Virus record (IMG/VR): IMGVR_UViG_3300013126_000012
Location: 1 to 64,000 of that record
Source of the DNA: a virus
Direction: 5' to 3' (one strand)
DNA: 64,000 nt
Shown here: positions 1 through 10,261 of the stretch, piece by piece
Layout of the letters: every line of letters starts with the position of its first letter
Numbering within the stretch: the stretch's first letter is position 1
Notes under the pieces: model-generated
The model's input: the letters and a program-made list of their open reading frames with translations, nothing else
Databases searched by the model: none
Told to the model about the DNA's origin: nothing
Position numbers and translations under genes: made by a program

Positions 1-588
1 AATGTAATTAGTTGATTCATAAATTACTATATGGAAAGTACCTTGTGTACTAGTACACAAAAACATAGGCATATTAATCCAACTTACAACCAACTTTCTA
101 CAAGGAGCAGTACCCTGAACTTGATATCTAATTTGACCTCCAACACCAGGATGCCAATCCTGCCAAGGGCCCATAATGCAATTCTTTGGTACCGCAGCAT
201 TCATCGAAGGTATTGCCATTGATGTAAATGTTGTTGGCTGCCCTCCCGCACCTAATGATATCCAACCATTTGAACCTATTCGAAACTGAGTATAGGTTTG
301 TCCATAAAAACAAAAAGTAAATCCAATGTTAAACGTACCTGATTGTGAATCATCTGAAAGTTGAACCATTGCACCCGTATTGGTTTGTGCGACATACGGT
401 ATTGTTGAAACCGCATATGAAGTGGTTTGATTGGGATTGCTACCAGCACCGCATTGAGATAGGTCCGCTGTCAATGTAGTTGAGTTTACTCCACAAGGAA
501 GTATTTGATCTGGCCCTAATGCGGGACAATACTGAGAATAAGATAGGGTGCTAACTAGCATCCAAATAAGCGTGTATACGTGCTTCAT
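1..588 (-). CDS. Secreted Bacteroidota-type surface protein, N-terminal part (signal peptide plus nidogen-like beta domain; T9SS-cargo-like); runs off the left edge
   Basis: Not in the ORF track. Manual translation from ATG 588 is open to base 1: MKHVYTLIWMLVSTLSYSQYCPALGPDQILPCG...DDSQSGTFNIGFTFCFYGQTYTQFRIGSNGWIS...GPWQDWHPG. ATATTTAT motif at 603-610. Confidence 0.7.
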   Translation of the reverse strand, partial: MKHVYTLIWMLVSTLSYSQYCPALGPDQILPCGVNSTTLTADLSQCGAGSNPNQTTSYAVSTIPYVAQTNTGAMVQLSDDSQSGTFNIGFTFCFYGQTYTQFRIGSNGWISLGAGGQPTTFTSMAIPSMNAAVPKNCIMGPWQDWHPGVGGQIRYQVQGTAPCRKLVVSWINMPMFLCTSTQGTFHIVIYESTNYI

Positions 589-617
589 AACTGGCCTTTA
601 ATATAAATATGTACAGT

Positions 618-662
618 AAAAAACCCAAGCAGTTTCCGTTGATCAATCGGTCTTACTTGGGT
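618..662 (-). terminator. Stem-loop with internal structure followed by a U-tract
   Basis: ACCCAAG (623-629) pairs with CTTGGGT (656-662), with an inner CCG...CGG stem. The adjacent plus-strand A-run gives a U-tract on the minus strand. Confidence 0.4.
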
Positions 663-757
663 GCGTTATGTGGTTATATGGTTTCCCAACTTCCCAATAA
701 CAAAAAGACCTCGTGCTAGTGCGCAGATCTTACGGTATGCGTCAGAGGTACTTTTCG

Positions 758-829
758 TAGTCGGTACGGGATTCGAACCCGTGTGACAAGAATGAAAATC
801 TTGTATCCTAACCCCTAGATGAACTGACC
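758..829 (-). tRNA. tRNA-Glu (anticodon TTC), CCA not encoded
   Basis: Minus strand reads GGTCAGTTCATCTAGGGGTTAGGATACAAGATTTTCATTCTTGTCACACGGGTTCGAATCCCGTACCGACTA: anticodon arm CAAGA-TT TTC AT-TCTTG and T-arm ACGGG-TTCGAAT-CCCGT. Confidence 0.93.
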
Positions 830-833
830 ATCA

Positions 834-1004
834 TTAAAAATCTCCTAATCGCAAATGAAAACTATATGCAGCTTGATCTTCATAATAAGTCATATCAGCT
901 AATCGCATTATGCATTCATCATGCGTACCCGTTAATAGGACTTCACCTTGAGCATTTACAAGTTGAAATACGTCCTTCTTTGAATTTACACAAACAATAT
1001 CCAT
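834..1004 (-). CDS. Hypothetical protein (56 aa)
   Basis: Manual translation MDIVCVNSKKDVFQLVNAQGEVLLTGTHDECIMRLADMTYYEDQAAYSFHLRLGDF; TTGGA-class motif upstream (1043-1047). Confidence 0.6.
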   Translation of the reverse strand: MDIVCVNSKKDVFQLVNAQGEVLLTGTHDECIMRLADMTYYEDQAAYSFHLRLGDF

Positions 1005-1049
1005 ATACTTTTTTATGTAATATATGATATTAATAGATAATATCCAAAA

Positions 1050-1385
1050 TTATTCTAAAATCTTTTCAACATAAGTGCATGTTTCTCCAGCATCAAATCC
1101 TTTTTCCAGGAGCAATGGCAACGATGCAGGTTTGCACCAAGCATAAACTTTGTAGCCTTTGTATCGTTGCCGTGCATACTCCCAACGCGTTTCCCACAAT
1201 GTTCTGTATATTCCTTTGCGTCGATGCTCTTCATGTACCCAAGCATCAAGGAATTTAATTTTGAGATCATCTTCCCGTTCCATGTAGATGTGTCCTACTA
1301 TCTCTCCGTTGATCATGGCAATCCATGTTTCTAATCGTTGTGCATTGCTTTTGAGGTGTACTATTTTAATATCATCTGTTGTCAT
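1050..1385 (-). CDS. GNAT family N-acetyltransferase
   Basis: Acetyl-CoA motif A (WVHEEHRRKGIY) and C-terminal LLLEKGF. Start moved to MTTDD, which overlaps the upstream stop. Confidence 0.85.
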   Translation of the reverse strand: MTTDDIKIVHLKSNAQRLETWIAMINGEIVGHIYMEREDDLKIKFLDAWVHEEHRRKGIYRTLWETRWEYARQRYKGYKVYAWCKPASLPLLLEKGFDAGETCTYVEKILE

Positions 1386-1642
1386 AAAGTTCCTAAATAA
1401 ACTGTTAATGCACCTATTGTATAACCTACAGCTGATGCCAACGCCATATGAAATCGTTCTGGCCATGTTTTTGATTCAACCATATAACCTACAAAGGGAA
1501 GACTTAGGAATGGTCCAATGAATGCCCAAAATATCATTGTGATGCTGCGATCTGCAACTGTTGCAATATACATAGTTGATGCTGTTTCTAGAATAAACGC
1601 AGCAAATGCTATGATAAAATATTTTTTTAAACTTTTATCCAT
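1382..1642 (-). CDS. Small membrane protein (about 3 TM)
   Basis: Hydrophobic segments; coupled to both neighbours. Confidence 0.65.
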   Translation of the reverse strand: MDKSLKKYFIIAFAAFILETASTMYIATVADRSITMIFWAFIGPFLSLPFVGYMVESKTWPERFHMALASAVGYTIGALTVYLGTL

Positions 1643-1998
1643 TTATTATCGTGATTGTATTTAAAACTTGCTATATAATTTTGTGTCCATCTATTTGATT
1701 CAATCAACGATAAAAACAATTCGCCATTGTCTCTACTATACAAATGATATGTTTCGTTAATTACTGGTTCGAAGCTAAACTTTGATTTGTATACAAGATC
1801 GTTCCATTTGTATTCGTCAATTAGCTTTTGATATTCTTGTTTGAGTTCTTCAAACTTAGATAGAAACTGTTTGTTAACATTAGCAACACGTGTTTGCTTC
1901 CAATGCTTAATATCGTCTACTATGATAGCCGGTGCTCCAACGTTGCTAGCATAAGGTAGCAAACCTGGGTTATCGGAAACGTTGTCTGGTTTTTTCAT
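1627..1998 (-). CDS. DUF2452-like protein
   Basis: LLPYASNVGAPAI...FSFEPVINETYHLY...LSLI pattern. Confidence 0.7.
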   Translation of the reverse strand: MKKPDNVSDNPGLLPYASNVGAPAIIVDDIKHWKQTRVANVNKQFLSKFEELKQEYQKLIDEYKWNDLVYKSKFSFEPVINETYHLYSRDNGELFLSLIESNRWTQNYIASFKYNHDNKWIKV

Positions 1999-1999
1999 A

Positions 2000-2824
2000 T
2001 TAATGAACTCGTTTCAAAACATCACCAAGTCGAGAATACATTTCAATAGCAACAGGTACTGATAACAATGCAATTAAAAAATTATTTACATAGGAATACA
2101 CCGTAATTATGCTGCCAATAGTAATGTTGGTTGTTGTTAATACTAATAAAATTATTGCTATAAACAAAAACAAATTTTTAATCAATCCAATAACGAACCA
2201 ATTCTTTCCTTGCAGTGTGGAGTCATATATGTTTAATCGTTTCATGCGCTCAAAGAATGAAATTGATTGCAAGTATCCTAATTCAATTGCAATTGCTTTT
2301 GTTTCATAATGGTTATTGCGCAAACGTATTGATTGTTGAAGCTTTTTATAAAACTGAATACCAGTTGCTGTGATAAGAACTGCTGCTATGCTAACTAACG
2401 CACCAACACGCCAATTTTCTGAATAGATGAATCCAATTGAACCAATAATTGTAACTATGGTTGCAATATAGTAGTGAACATAACCTTCCAGTACATGCAC
2501 AATTTCATAGGCCATATCAGTTCGTGCAATTTTTGTTGAAGTATCTAATTCATCATTTTTTAAGAATCTAAACACAATACTGTTGTATATTTTAGTGTAT
2601 ACTTTTGTATCATACACCATTCTTTTGTAATTAAAAAATGTCGACAAGAAATAAGATGCACCCAACAACATCAACCACCACCAACTACCAGCAATCAATC
2701 CATCAATACTTTTACCAAGCAAGAATGGTGTTGCTAAATTAGACAATTCCGTAAGCAGCATAAATGCATATATCCACATCAATTCTAATTTGAATTGCTT
2801 GAAAATTTCAACAATTTTATTCAT
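2000..2824 (-). CDS. ABC transporter six-transmembrane-domain-only protein
   Basis: PFLLGKSIDGL and YDTKVYTKIY motifs, several TM helices, no nucleotide-binding domain. Confidence 0.7.
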   Translation of the reverse strand: MNKIVEIFKQFKLELMWIYAFMLLTELSNLATPFLLGKSIDGLIAGSWWWLMLLGASYFLSTFFNYKRMVYDTKVYTKIYNSIVFRFLKNDELDTSTKIARTDMAYEIVHVLEGYVHYYIATIVTIIGSIGFIYSENWRVGALVSIAAVLITATGIQFYKKLQQSIRLRNNHYETKAIAIELGYLQSISFFERMKRLNIYDSTLQGKNWFVIGLIKNLFLFIAIILLVLTTTNITIGSIITVYSYVNNFLIALLSVPVAIEMYSRLGDVLKRVH

Positions 2825-2829
2825 AACTA

Positions 2830-3216
2830 TTAGATACCAATAACAACGTCCTCTGTAATGATATCGCCATCGATCAATCTACTTATTTGTGCAAATTCAA
2901 CATGCTCTTGATATTCAAGTTTCATTTCTGCTCGAAACCGATCTGCATCTTCTGGAGTTTCTAATGAACCACACGCCGTTGCAACTTCACCTGCCATTTT
3001 ATACCGGTATGCACCATATGGATTTTTTAGTTCAGAAATTTCCCAATCTGACTCCGTTAGCTCGGTAAGCTTTTTATTTCTATTTTTAATGGTTGCTGAG
3101 TAGTGATAACCGCAGTTGTTGCAGTTAACGTATTCTTCTCCTGTTTTGTAATAAAAGTCACTATATGCTTCTGTTTTGCAATTAGGACATTCGATGTAAT
3201 CTATAACTGATCCCAT
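2830..3216 (-). CDS. Zn-ribbon hypothetical protein
   Basis: CPNC...CNNCG at the N-terminus. Confidence 0.7.
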   Translation of the reverse strand: MGSVIDYIECPNCKTEAYSDFYYKTGEEYVNCNNCGYHYSATIKNRNKKLTELTESDWEISELKNPYGAYRYKMAGEVATACGSLETPEDADRFRAEMKLEYQEHVEFAQISRLIDGDIITEDVVIGI

Positions 3217-3229
3217 AACTTATATTTTT

Positions 3230-4327
3230 TTAATTTGATAAAACGGCTTTAATTGTTGGGTGTGATTGGTAGTTGCTTAACTGAATGTCTTCTTCTACCA
3301 AACACTTGCAGAAATTGTCATCCTTAAATCCATTAAACACAGCCGTTGCATCTAATGGACCTTCTCCACACTCGCCACTCTCCGTTGGCCACCATTCCGT
3401 ATTAATGTTAAGTTTCGGTAGTGGATACAGCTCTCGATGCATTTGTTCTTTAGCTTGCTCTGTATGATTCAAATACAAATGAGCATCGCCGATATTGACA
3501 ATCAACTCATCAGGTACCATACCAACTGCTTTAGCAATGATTTCCAGTAACAATCCGTAACTAGCTATATTGAATGGCAAACCTAAGAACATGTCTGCAG
3601 AACGTTGATTCCACATTAGAGAGATTGCTCTGGTTGGGGCATTAAAATTTTCAAGAACTTCAGCAACATTACCTTCCCATCCTAATCTATCAAAAAACTT
3701 AGGCATTTGTTGACTTCTATTTTTGATGACCCAATTTCTACGTTCACCACTACATAACTCTCTCGTATAAACTTGAAATCCATAATGACAGGGTGGTAAA
3801 ACCATTTGATCAAGTTCTCCAACATTCCAAGCTGATACCACTAATCGTCTTGAGTCAGGATTTGTTTTAAGTTCACTAATTAAATCTTGGATTTGGTCTA
3901 TTTCACCATTCCAATTACGCCAACCAGCCCCATACACAGGTCCGAGGTCGCCCCACTTCTTAGCAAACTCATCATTAGTTCTAATTTTGTTGATGAATTC
4001 TTCCATGGTATCTGGCCAATCACCTTTGTATTCATTTGTTTTACTGATGTAATTCTTATAAGCATCTCCATCCCAAATATGACAATCATTATCAACAAGG
4101 AACTTAATGTTGGTATCACCGCGGAGGAACCACAATAACTCAGTTACAATTTGTTTCCACGCCATCTTCTTAGTTGTAAGTAAAGGAAATCCTTCACTCA
4201 TATCATGGCGAATCTGTCTTCCAAACACAGAACGTGTTTTGCCATTTCTGCCTTCCTTCAATTCTCCATTCTTAAACACATCGTATAGTAGTTTAAGATA
4301 ATCGTGTTCAATATTATTCATTTCCAT
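3230..4327 (-). CDS. thyA: Thymidylate synthase
   Basis: FPLLTTKK, ELLWFLRG, DSRRL, LPPCH, QRSADMFLGLPFNIASY (dUMP-specifying Asn retained), DAHLY. Confidence 0.97.
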   Translation of the reverse strand: MEMNNIEHDYLKLLYDVFKNGELKEGRNGKTRSVFGRQIRHDMSEGFPLLTTKKMAWKQIVTELLWFLRGDTNIKFLVDNDCHIWDGDAYKNYISKTNEYKGDWPDTMEEFINKIRTNDEFAKKWGDLGPVYGAGWRNWNGEIDQIQDLISELKTNPDSRRLVVSAWNVGELDQMVLPPCHYGFQVYTRELCSGERRNWVIKNRSQQMPKFFDRLGWEGNVAEVLENFNAPTRAISLMWNQRSADMFLGLPFNIASYGLLLEIIAKAVGMVPDELIVNIGDAHLYLNHTEQAKEQMHRELYPLPKLNINTEWWPTESGECGEGPLDATAVFNGFKDDNFCKCLVEEDIQLSNYQSHPTIKAVLSN

Positions 4328-4505
4328 ATTTTTTTCTCAAGTATTCTGCCCATGCAGATTGCTTACGTCCATTAACAAAGAACCAACCCAAATTCATTTC
4401 AAACCATTTGTTAATTTCATATGCCCAATAACATACAGCGTGCCAACCTAACCACAACATGGATACGATCCACGCACTAATTAACAGTATCAATAACAGA
4501 TTCAT
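4314..4505 (-). CDS. Small membrane-anchored hypothetical protein
   Basis: N-terminal hydrophobic helix; lies within the operon. Confidence 0.55.
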   Translation of the reverse strand: MNLLLILLISAWIVSMLWLGWHAVCYWAYEINKWFEMNLGWFFVNGRKQSAWAEYLRKKYGNE

Positions 4506-4719
4506 CTTCTATAATTTTTGCATCTTGTACGGTTTCACAAAATATGAAATGGGTTTCGGATCGTAAAACATGATCTGCACCAACCCATTCCATATACAAC
4601 TTAACATATTCCATATCAGGTTCATCTCCTATCTTATGAGCGAACCCTGATACGGGGTTTTTCTTGATAACAATATACATTGCATCACCATGGCGATATA
4701 ATGATTTGATCAAATTCAT
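4477..4719 (-). CDS. Hypothetical protein
   Basis: 80-aa ORF packed between groEL and the next gene. Confidence 0.6.
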   Translation of the reverse strand: MNLIKSLYRHGDAMYIVIKKNPVSGFAHKIGDEPDMEYVKLYMEWVGADHVLRSETHFIFCETVQDAKIIEDESVIDTVN

Positions 4720-4722
4720 ATA

Positions 4723-6363
<1,641 letters not shown>

Positions 6364-6376
6364 TTAATATAAATAT

Positions 6377-8434
6377 TTACCTAGCAATTTCCAAGAATTT
6401 GGAATTCAATGTTCTTGCAACTTCTTGCATATTCTTGGGATCGATAAATTTAGCATCAAGTCCATACATGGTATGAAATGGAGTATTATCATAACTATAT
6501 CCGCTTCCGGTGATGAAATAACTAATAACATTGATACCTAATTCGCGGAATCCATTAACAACTCTGCGAGTGAATTGAACACCATCATAATGATAAGCAA
6601 CGCCTGATACATCGGTTGGGTATCCATCCGAGTAATTGATAAAGATGCATTCATCACCTTTTGCATCGCGCTTAATGTCTTGCTCAATGCTCTTGAATGC
6701 TAACCCTTCTGGAGTACACCCAAACGTATCTAAATATTTGAAATAGTTACGAATCTTACTCATTTTATCATGAGCCGAATCATATGCATAAACCGTAATT
6801 GCTTTTTCTTTGCCACCCGTCGACGATTCGGTACCACGCAATGAAATTTGCACACGGATGCCAGTTGTCATAGAAGCAGCTTGTGCAATTGCAACGGCTG
6901 ACATAATGGCATTGCGAAACTTTTCACCTGCCATTGAGCCAGATGCATCAATTGAAATGTGAATAAAATAATTTTTGAACTGATCCGTTACAATGCGATG
7001 AAACACGTTAGCATTATCATAACCCAATTGGGAAATCAATCTGCGATCAATCTTACCGGCTTGCAAACGAGTGGTCTTCAAGGTACGATCCGAATTGCGA
7101 AGCTGCAACTTGCGTCCCAATGTCTTGCCTAAAATAATACCTTGCGTAATGTTTTGATCATTTTCAATAAGCGATTTAACACGATATTGATTGGTTGCTA
7201 CATCGGCTGCATAATTTAACTTGCCTGCAACATAATCATCTGCTCTACTAGAAAATAAATGAGGCATTGCTGCAATGATACCCGGAGTCAACTTTTTAAT
7301 AACAATTGTATCAACAAAATCGGAAGTACCTGATTCATTTGTTGCCACTTGACGAACCTCCGTACCCGATTCGCGGATAGCATTAACGATGCTTGCTTGC
7401 GTTTTATTCAACTTACCTGTTTTCTTGTTGTCGCCCTTAAGGAAATCTCGTTGCTTTTCAATTGCCTTTTCTAATTTCTTAAGGTCATTTGCTGACAACG
7501 AAGACGCACTATCAACACCACCTTTAGTTGCATCATCTGAAGCTTCGTCCTCACCATCTTCATCACCATCATCGCCTTCGCCATCACCTTGACCTGTACC
7601 ACCGTCACCTTGCTGAGGGTCTCCATCTTGCGGTTGCTCTTCATCTGATTTTTCTTCTGCTTCTGCTACAGCATCCTTAACAAGCTTGTATACTTTGCAT
7701 GCAACTAACAATGCATCTTCGGTAGATTGCAATCTTTGAATGTTTCGAAGATCAATCACATTCCAAATTTCTTGCAATGCTGCAAGTGCTTTCAAATTGC
7801 GGTTAGGGTTAGTTAGATTGATGATATGAAACATGTAATCATCCCATGTCTCTTGACACTTCTCATTAGCTATCAATGCCTTATCAATAACTTTGTCATT
7901 AAAATACTTATCATACATTGCTTCATAATACATACGATATCCTGGAGCACTAGTATAGATATAAAAGTCAATGCGTCGATCTTCAATCCAATTCAATAAA
8001 TCTTTGATGATCACAAAGTCTTGGTGTTGCATTGTCATGTCCGGATCAAGTCCATTCATTCGAACAATTTGTGCCATTGGCGTACTTGCCAAGATGCCAC
8101 CTTTAAACATGTTAAAGTCAGTCAATGCAATATGCGACCCTTCATGTAATGCTAATCCAACAGCTGGATCAAAATTCTTATCATCGAGTTTGGTGCCAAT
8201 CACAACAGACTCGCCATCGGTATAGCTTGCATCTGTGGATTGAAATACTACGGGAATTGATTTGCCGGTTACAATGTTAACGAAATTGGCAATGGCCCGT
8301 TGCGTTGCAGCCAACTTGGTATAGTCAATACCATCACCTCGTTTGAAGTCTGTATCAAAATCATCACTTAACCAAAAGCTAGATGCTGATTTTGAATAAT
8401 ATCGTTTGCCATCAAATTTACCTAAAATACTCAT
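6377..8434 (-). CDS. VWA (MIDAS) domain protein with an N-terminal HExxH region and acidic linker; partner of the MoxR ATPase (CobT-like)
   Basis: ALHEGSH...NWIEDRRID, a D/E/G-rich linker, MIDAS motif DASGSM and later SDG. Confidence 0.85.
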   Translation of the reverse strand: MSILGKFDGKRYYSKSASSFWLSDDFDTDFKRGDGIDYTKLAATQRAIANFVNIVTGKSIPVVFQSTDASYTDGESVVIGTKLDDKNFDPAVGLALHEGSHIALTDFNMFKGGILASTPMAQIVRMNGLDPDMTMQHQDFVIIKDLLNWIEDRRIDFYIYTSAPGYRMYYEAMYDKYFNDKVIDKALIANEKCQETWDDYMFHIINLTNPNRNLKALAALQEIWNVIDLRNIQRLQSTEDALLVACKVYKLVKDAVAEAEEKSDEEQPQDGDPQQGDGGTGQGDGEGDDGDEDGEDEASDDATKGGVDSASSLSANDLKKLEKAIEKQRDFLKGDNKKTGKLNKTQASIVNAIRESGTEVRQVATNESGTSDFVDTIVIKKLTPGIIAAMPHLFSSRADDYVAGKLNYAADVATNQYRVKSLIENDQNITQGIILGKTLGRKLQLRNSDRTLKTTRLQAGKIDRRLISQLGYDNANVFHRIVTDQFKNYFIHISIDASGSMAGEKFRNAIMSAVAIAQAASMTTGIRVQISLRGTESSTGGKEKAITVYAYDSAHDKMSKIRNYFKYLDTFGCTPEGLAFKSIEQDIKRDAKGDECIFINYSDGYPTDVSGVAYHYDGVQFTRRVVNGFRELGINVISYFITGSGYSYDNTPFHTMYGLDAKFIDPKNMQEVARTLNSKFLEIAR

Positions 8435-8491
8435 ATGCTCTTTATTTTATATATAATATGAAATTACTATTCAGTTTCCAACCAAAAACAG

Positions 8492-8517
8492 AAAAAAAGG
8501 CGACATTTCTGTCGCCT
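8492..8517 (-). terminator. Rho-independent terminator after the AAA ATPase gene
   Basis: AGGCGACA-TTTC-TGTCGCCT hairpin next to an A7 run (U-tract on the minus strand). Confidence 0.8.
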
Positions 8518-8535
8518 CTTTTGAGCTATGAAAAA

Positions 8536-9696
8536 TTAGAATGGGTTTTCTTGTCCTTCACCATCAACACCAGTATTGAAGATGTCCTTCATTTCGGTTG
8601 CCATATGCTTTTGGATAATTTGCTTAACAAAGGTTCTTTCAGAATCCGTACCACCAGATGCATCAAAGAAAGGAAGGATTGATACCTCAGCGGCTTCTGA
8701 TAAAGAAAACCCATCTGCCAACAATTCACATACGCGCACCGTCATACGAGTGGATACCATTGTGGTAAGTTTACCATCTTCTGATCTCCATTCTTTACGA
8801 GTTGCATCTGCAATGTCTGCTACTGCATGAATCAAACTGCGGTTCACGGTTGGGAATCGTTTTGTCAATAAATCTTCTTCTTGGGATAGTGACAAGATAT
8901 CAACTTCAATGATTTCAAATCGATCCATTAATGCTCGGTCCAATACCCGAGTGGATGTATATTCGGTACCAATGTTTGCTGTTGCAATAAATGATACACC
9001 TGATGCAACTCGAATGGTAGGTGAATTGATATCTTCATCCAATCGCAGATACCTTTGACCCTCATCTAATACTGTCATCAAGATGTTCCAAGCCTCAGGG
9101 TGCGCACGAGACAACTCATCCAATAGAATAACGGCATTCTCGGTTTGAATTGCCTTGACAAATGCCGATTCATCAAACGATGTTTGACCATCAACGAAAT
9201 GCGTATTACCAATCAAGGTTGCTCGAGGGTCTTGCGTTGCACCCAAGTTAAAATAATAGAAAGGTCGATTGGTTGCCACGGGAAGATCTTTTGCGGCTTG
9301 CGTCTTACCACAACCTGCAGGGCCAACCATCATGATGTTTTTACCGCGCACTGCAGACCGAACCAAATATTTCCATTTGATGTCGGACATTTCCAATGTT
9401 GCAGGCTTAATTTTATAAGCATTCTGAATCAAACTAAGTACTGCATCTTGTTCTTGTGGCATAGGTTGTGGTGTTGGTTGTGATTGTTTAATGTCTTCTA
9501 ATTCAATACCGGACTTGTTCATGCGTTTGGCTCGGCCGGTTTCTTCATCAAACAACAATATCTCATCATTGTCAAATGCATGCTTAATCATGATAGGACG
9601 AAACAAGTTGGTAATGTCTTTGTTTGTACCAAACTCGATAATTTGCGGATTGCCATTTACTAAGGTTGGCACACCAATAACTTTTTTGTTTTTCAT
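8536..9696 (-). CDS. MoxR/CbbQ/CobS-like AAA+ ATPase
   Basis: Walker A GPAGCGKT, Walker B ILLDELSR, sensor ATAN, arginine finger LDRALMDRF. Confidence 0.9.
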   Translation of the reverse strand: MKNKKVIGVPTLVNGNPQIIEFGTNKDITNLFRPIMIKHAFDNDEILLFDEETGRAKRMNKSGIELEDIKQSQPTPQPMPQEQDAVLSLIQNAYKIKPATLEMSDIKWKYLVRSAVRGKNIMMVGPAGCGKTQAAKDLPVATNRPFYYFNLGATQDPRATLIGNTHFVDGQTSFDESAFVKAIQTENAVILLDELSRAHPEAWNILMTVLDEGQRYLRLDEDINSPTIRVASGVSFIATANIGTEYTSTRVLDRALMDRFEIIEVDILSLSQEEDLLTKRFPTVNRSLIHAVADIADATRKEWRSEDGKLTTMVSTRMTVRVCELLADGFSLSEAAEVSILPFFDASGGTDSERTFVKQIIQKHMATEMKDIFNTGVDGEGQENPF

Positions 9697-9745
9697 AACT
9701 CTTTTTATTTTCTATATAATATGAAATAAAGAGTTACATTCCAAC

Positions 9746-9859
9746 CTATTCGTCTTGTTTTTTATGTTTTTTCTTGCGAGTGTAAGTTTTTTTGCTCTTT
9801 TGTATGATTGGACGAGTTGCTTGCCAAATTTCCTGCATAGTTACTTCAATCTTTTCCAT
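9746..9859 (-). CDS. Small basic protein (37 aa) with an ArfA-like motif
   Basis: Manual translation MEKIEVTMQEIWQATRPIIQKSKKTYTRKKKHKKQDE; its own TTGGA-class motif at 9890-9894. Confidence 0.55.
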   Translation of the reverse strand: MEKIEVTMQEIWQATRPIIQKSKKTYTRKKKHKKQDE

Positions 9860-9895
9860 GGCAAAAATATATAAAAATGTTTTGTGAAATCCAAA

Positions 9896-10258
9896 TTACC
9901 ATTTTCTACAAGACCAATATCTTGCCGAGGTTCTGTCCTTAGCAGTATGACAACGGTGTCTTGCTCTAAATGAACGCCTACGTGCGGGATTGCTCTTACG
10001 TATTCGCATATTAGGGTCGCCGAAGTTGACCTTTACAACGTTGCCTTTGGCATTTTTAACGTAGACTTTGAATTTTTTAACATCGCCACGCATTGGTTTG
10101 CCCAATTGCACTTTGCGGCCTTGATATTCGGCTTCATTGATTCCAGCTTCCTTGATGGTTACATATTCTGGATTTTCATCTGCAGATTTGATTGTTTCAA
10201 TTAAGCATTCGGCACAATATGCTTCTGCTACTGGTATTTGCGATTCATGTAATGTCAT
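9896..10258 (-). CDS. Conserved basic phage protein (KVNFGDP...RRSFRARH.C...SARYWS family)
   Basis: Motif pattern recognised from small proteins of large phages; function unknown. Confidence 0.7.
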   Translation of the reverse strand: MTLHESQIPVAEAYCAECLIETIKSADENPEYVTIKEAGINEAEYQGRKVQLGKPMRGDVKKFKVYVKNAKGNVVKVNFGDPNMRIRKSNPARRRSFRARHRCHTAKDRTSARYWSCRKW

Positions 10259-10261
10259 ATA

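Noticed and set aside
3230-4327. ThyA as a pyrimidine-modifying hydroxymethylase
   Set aside because: It keeps PFNIASY with Asn (dUMP specificity) and all canonical ThyA motifs, and a dUTPase is present. The insertions are short loops, not inteins.
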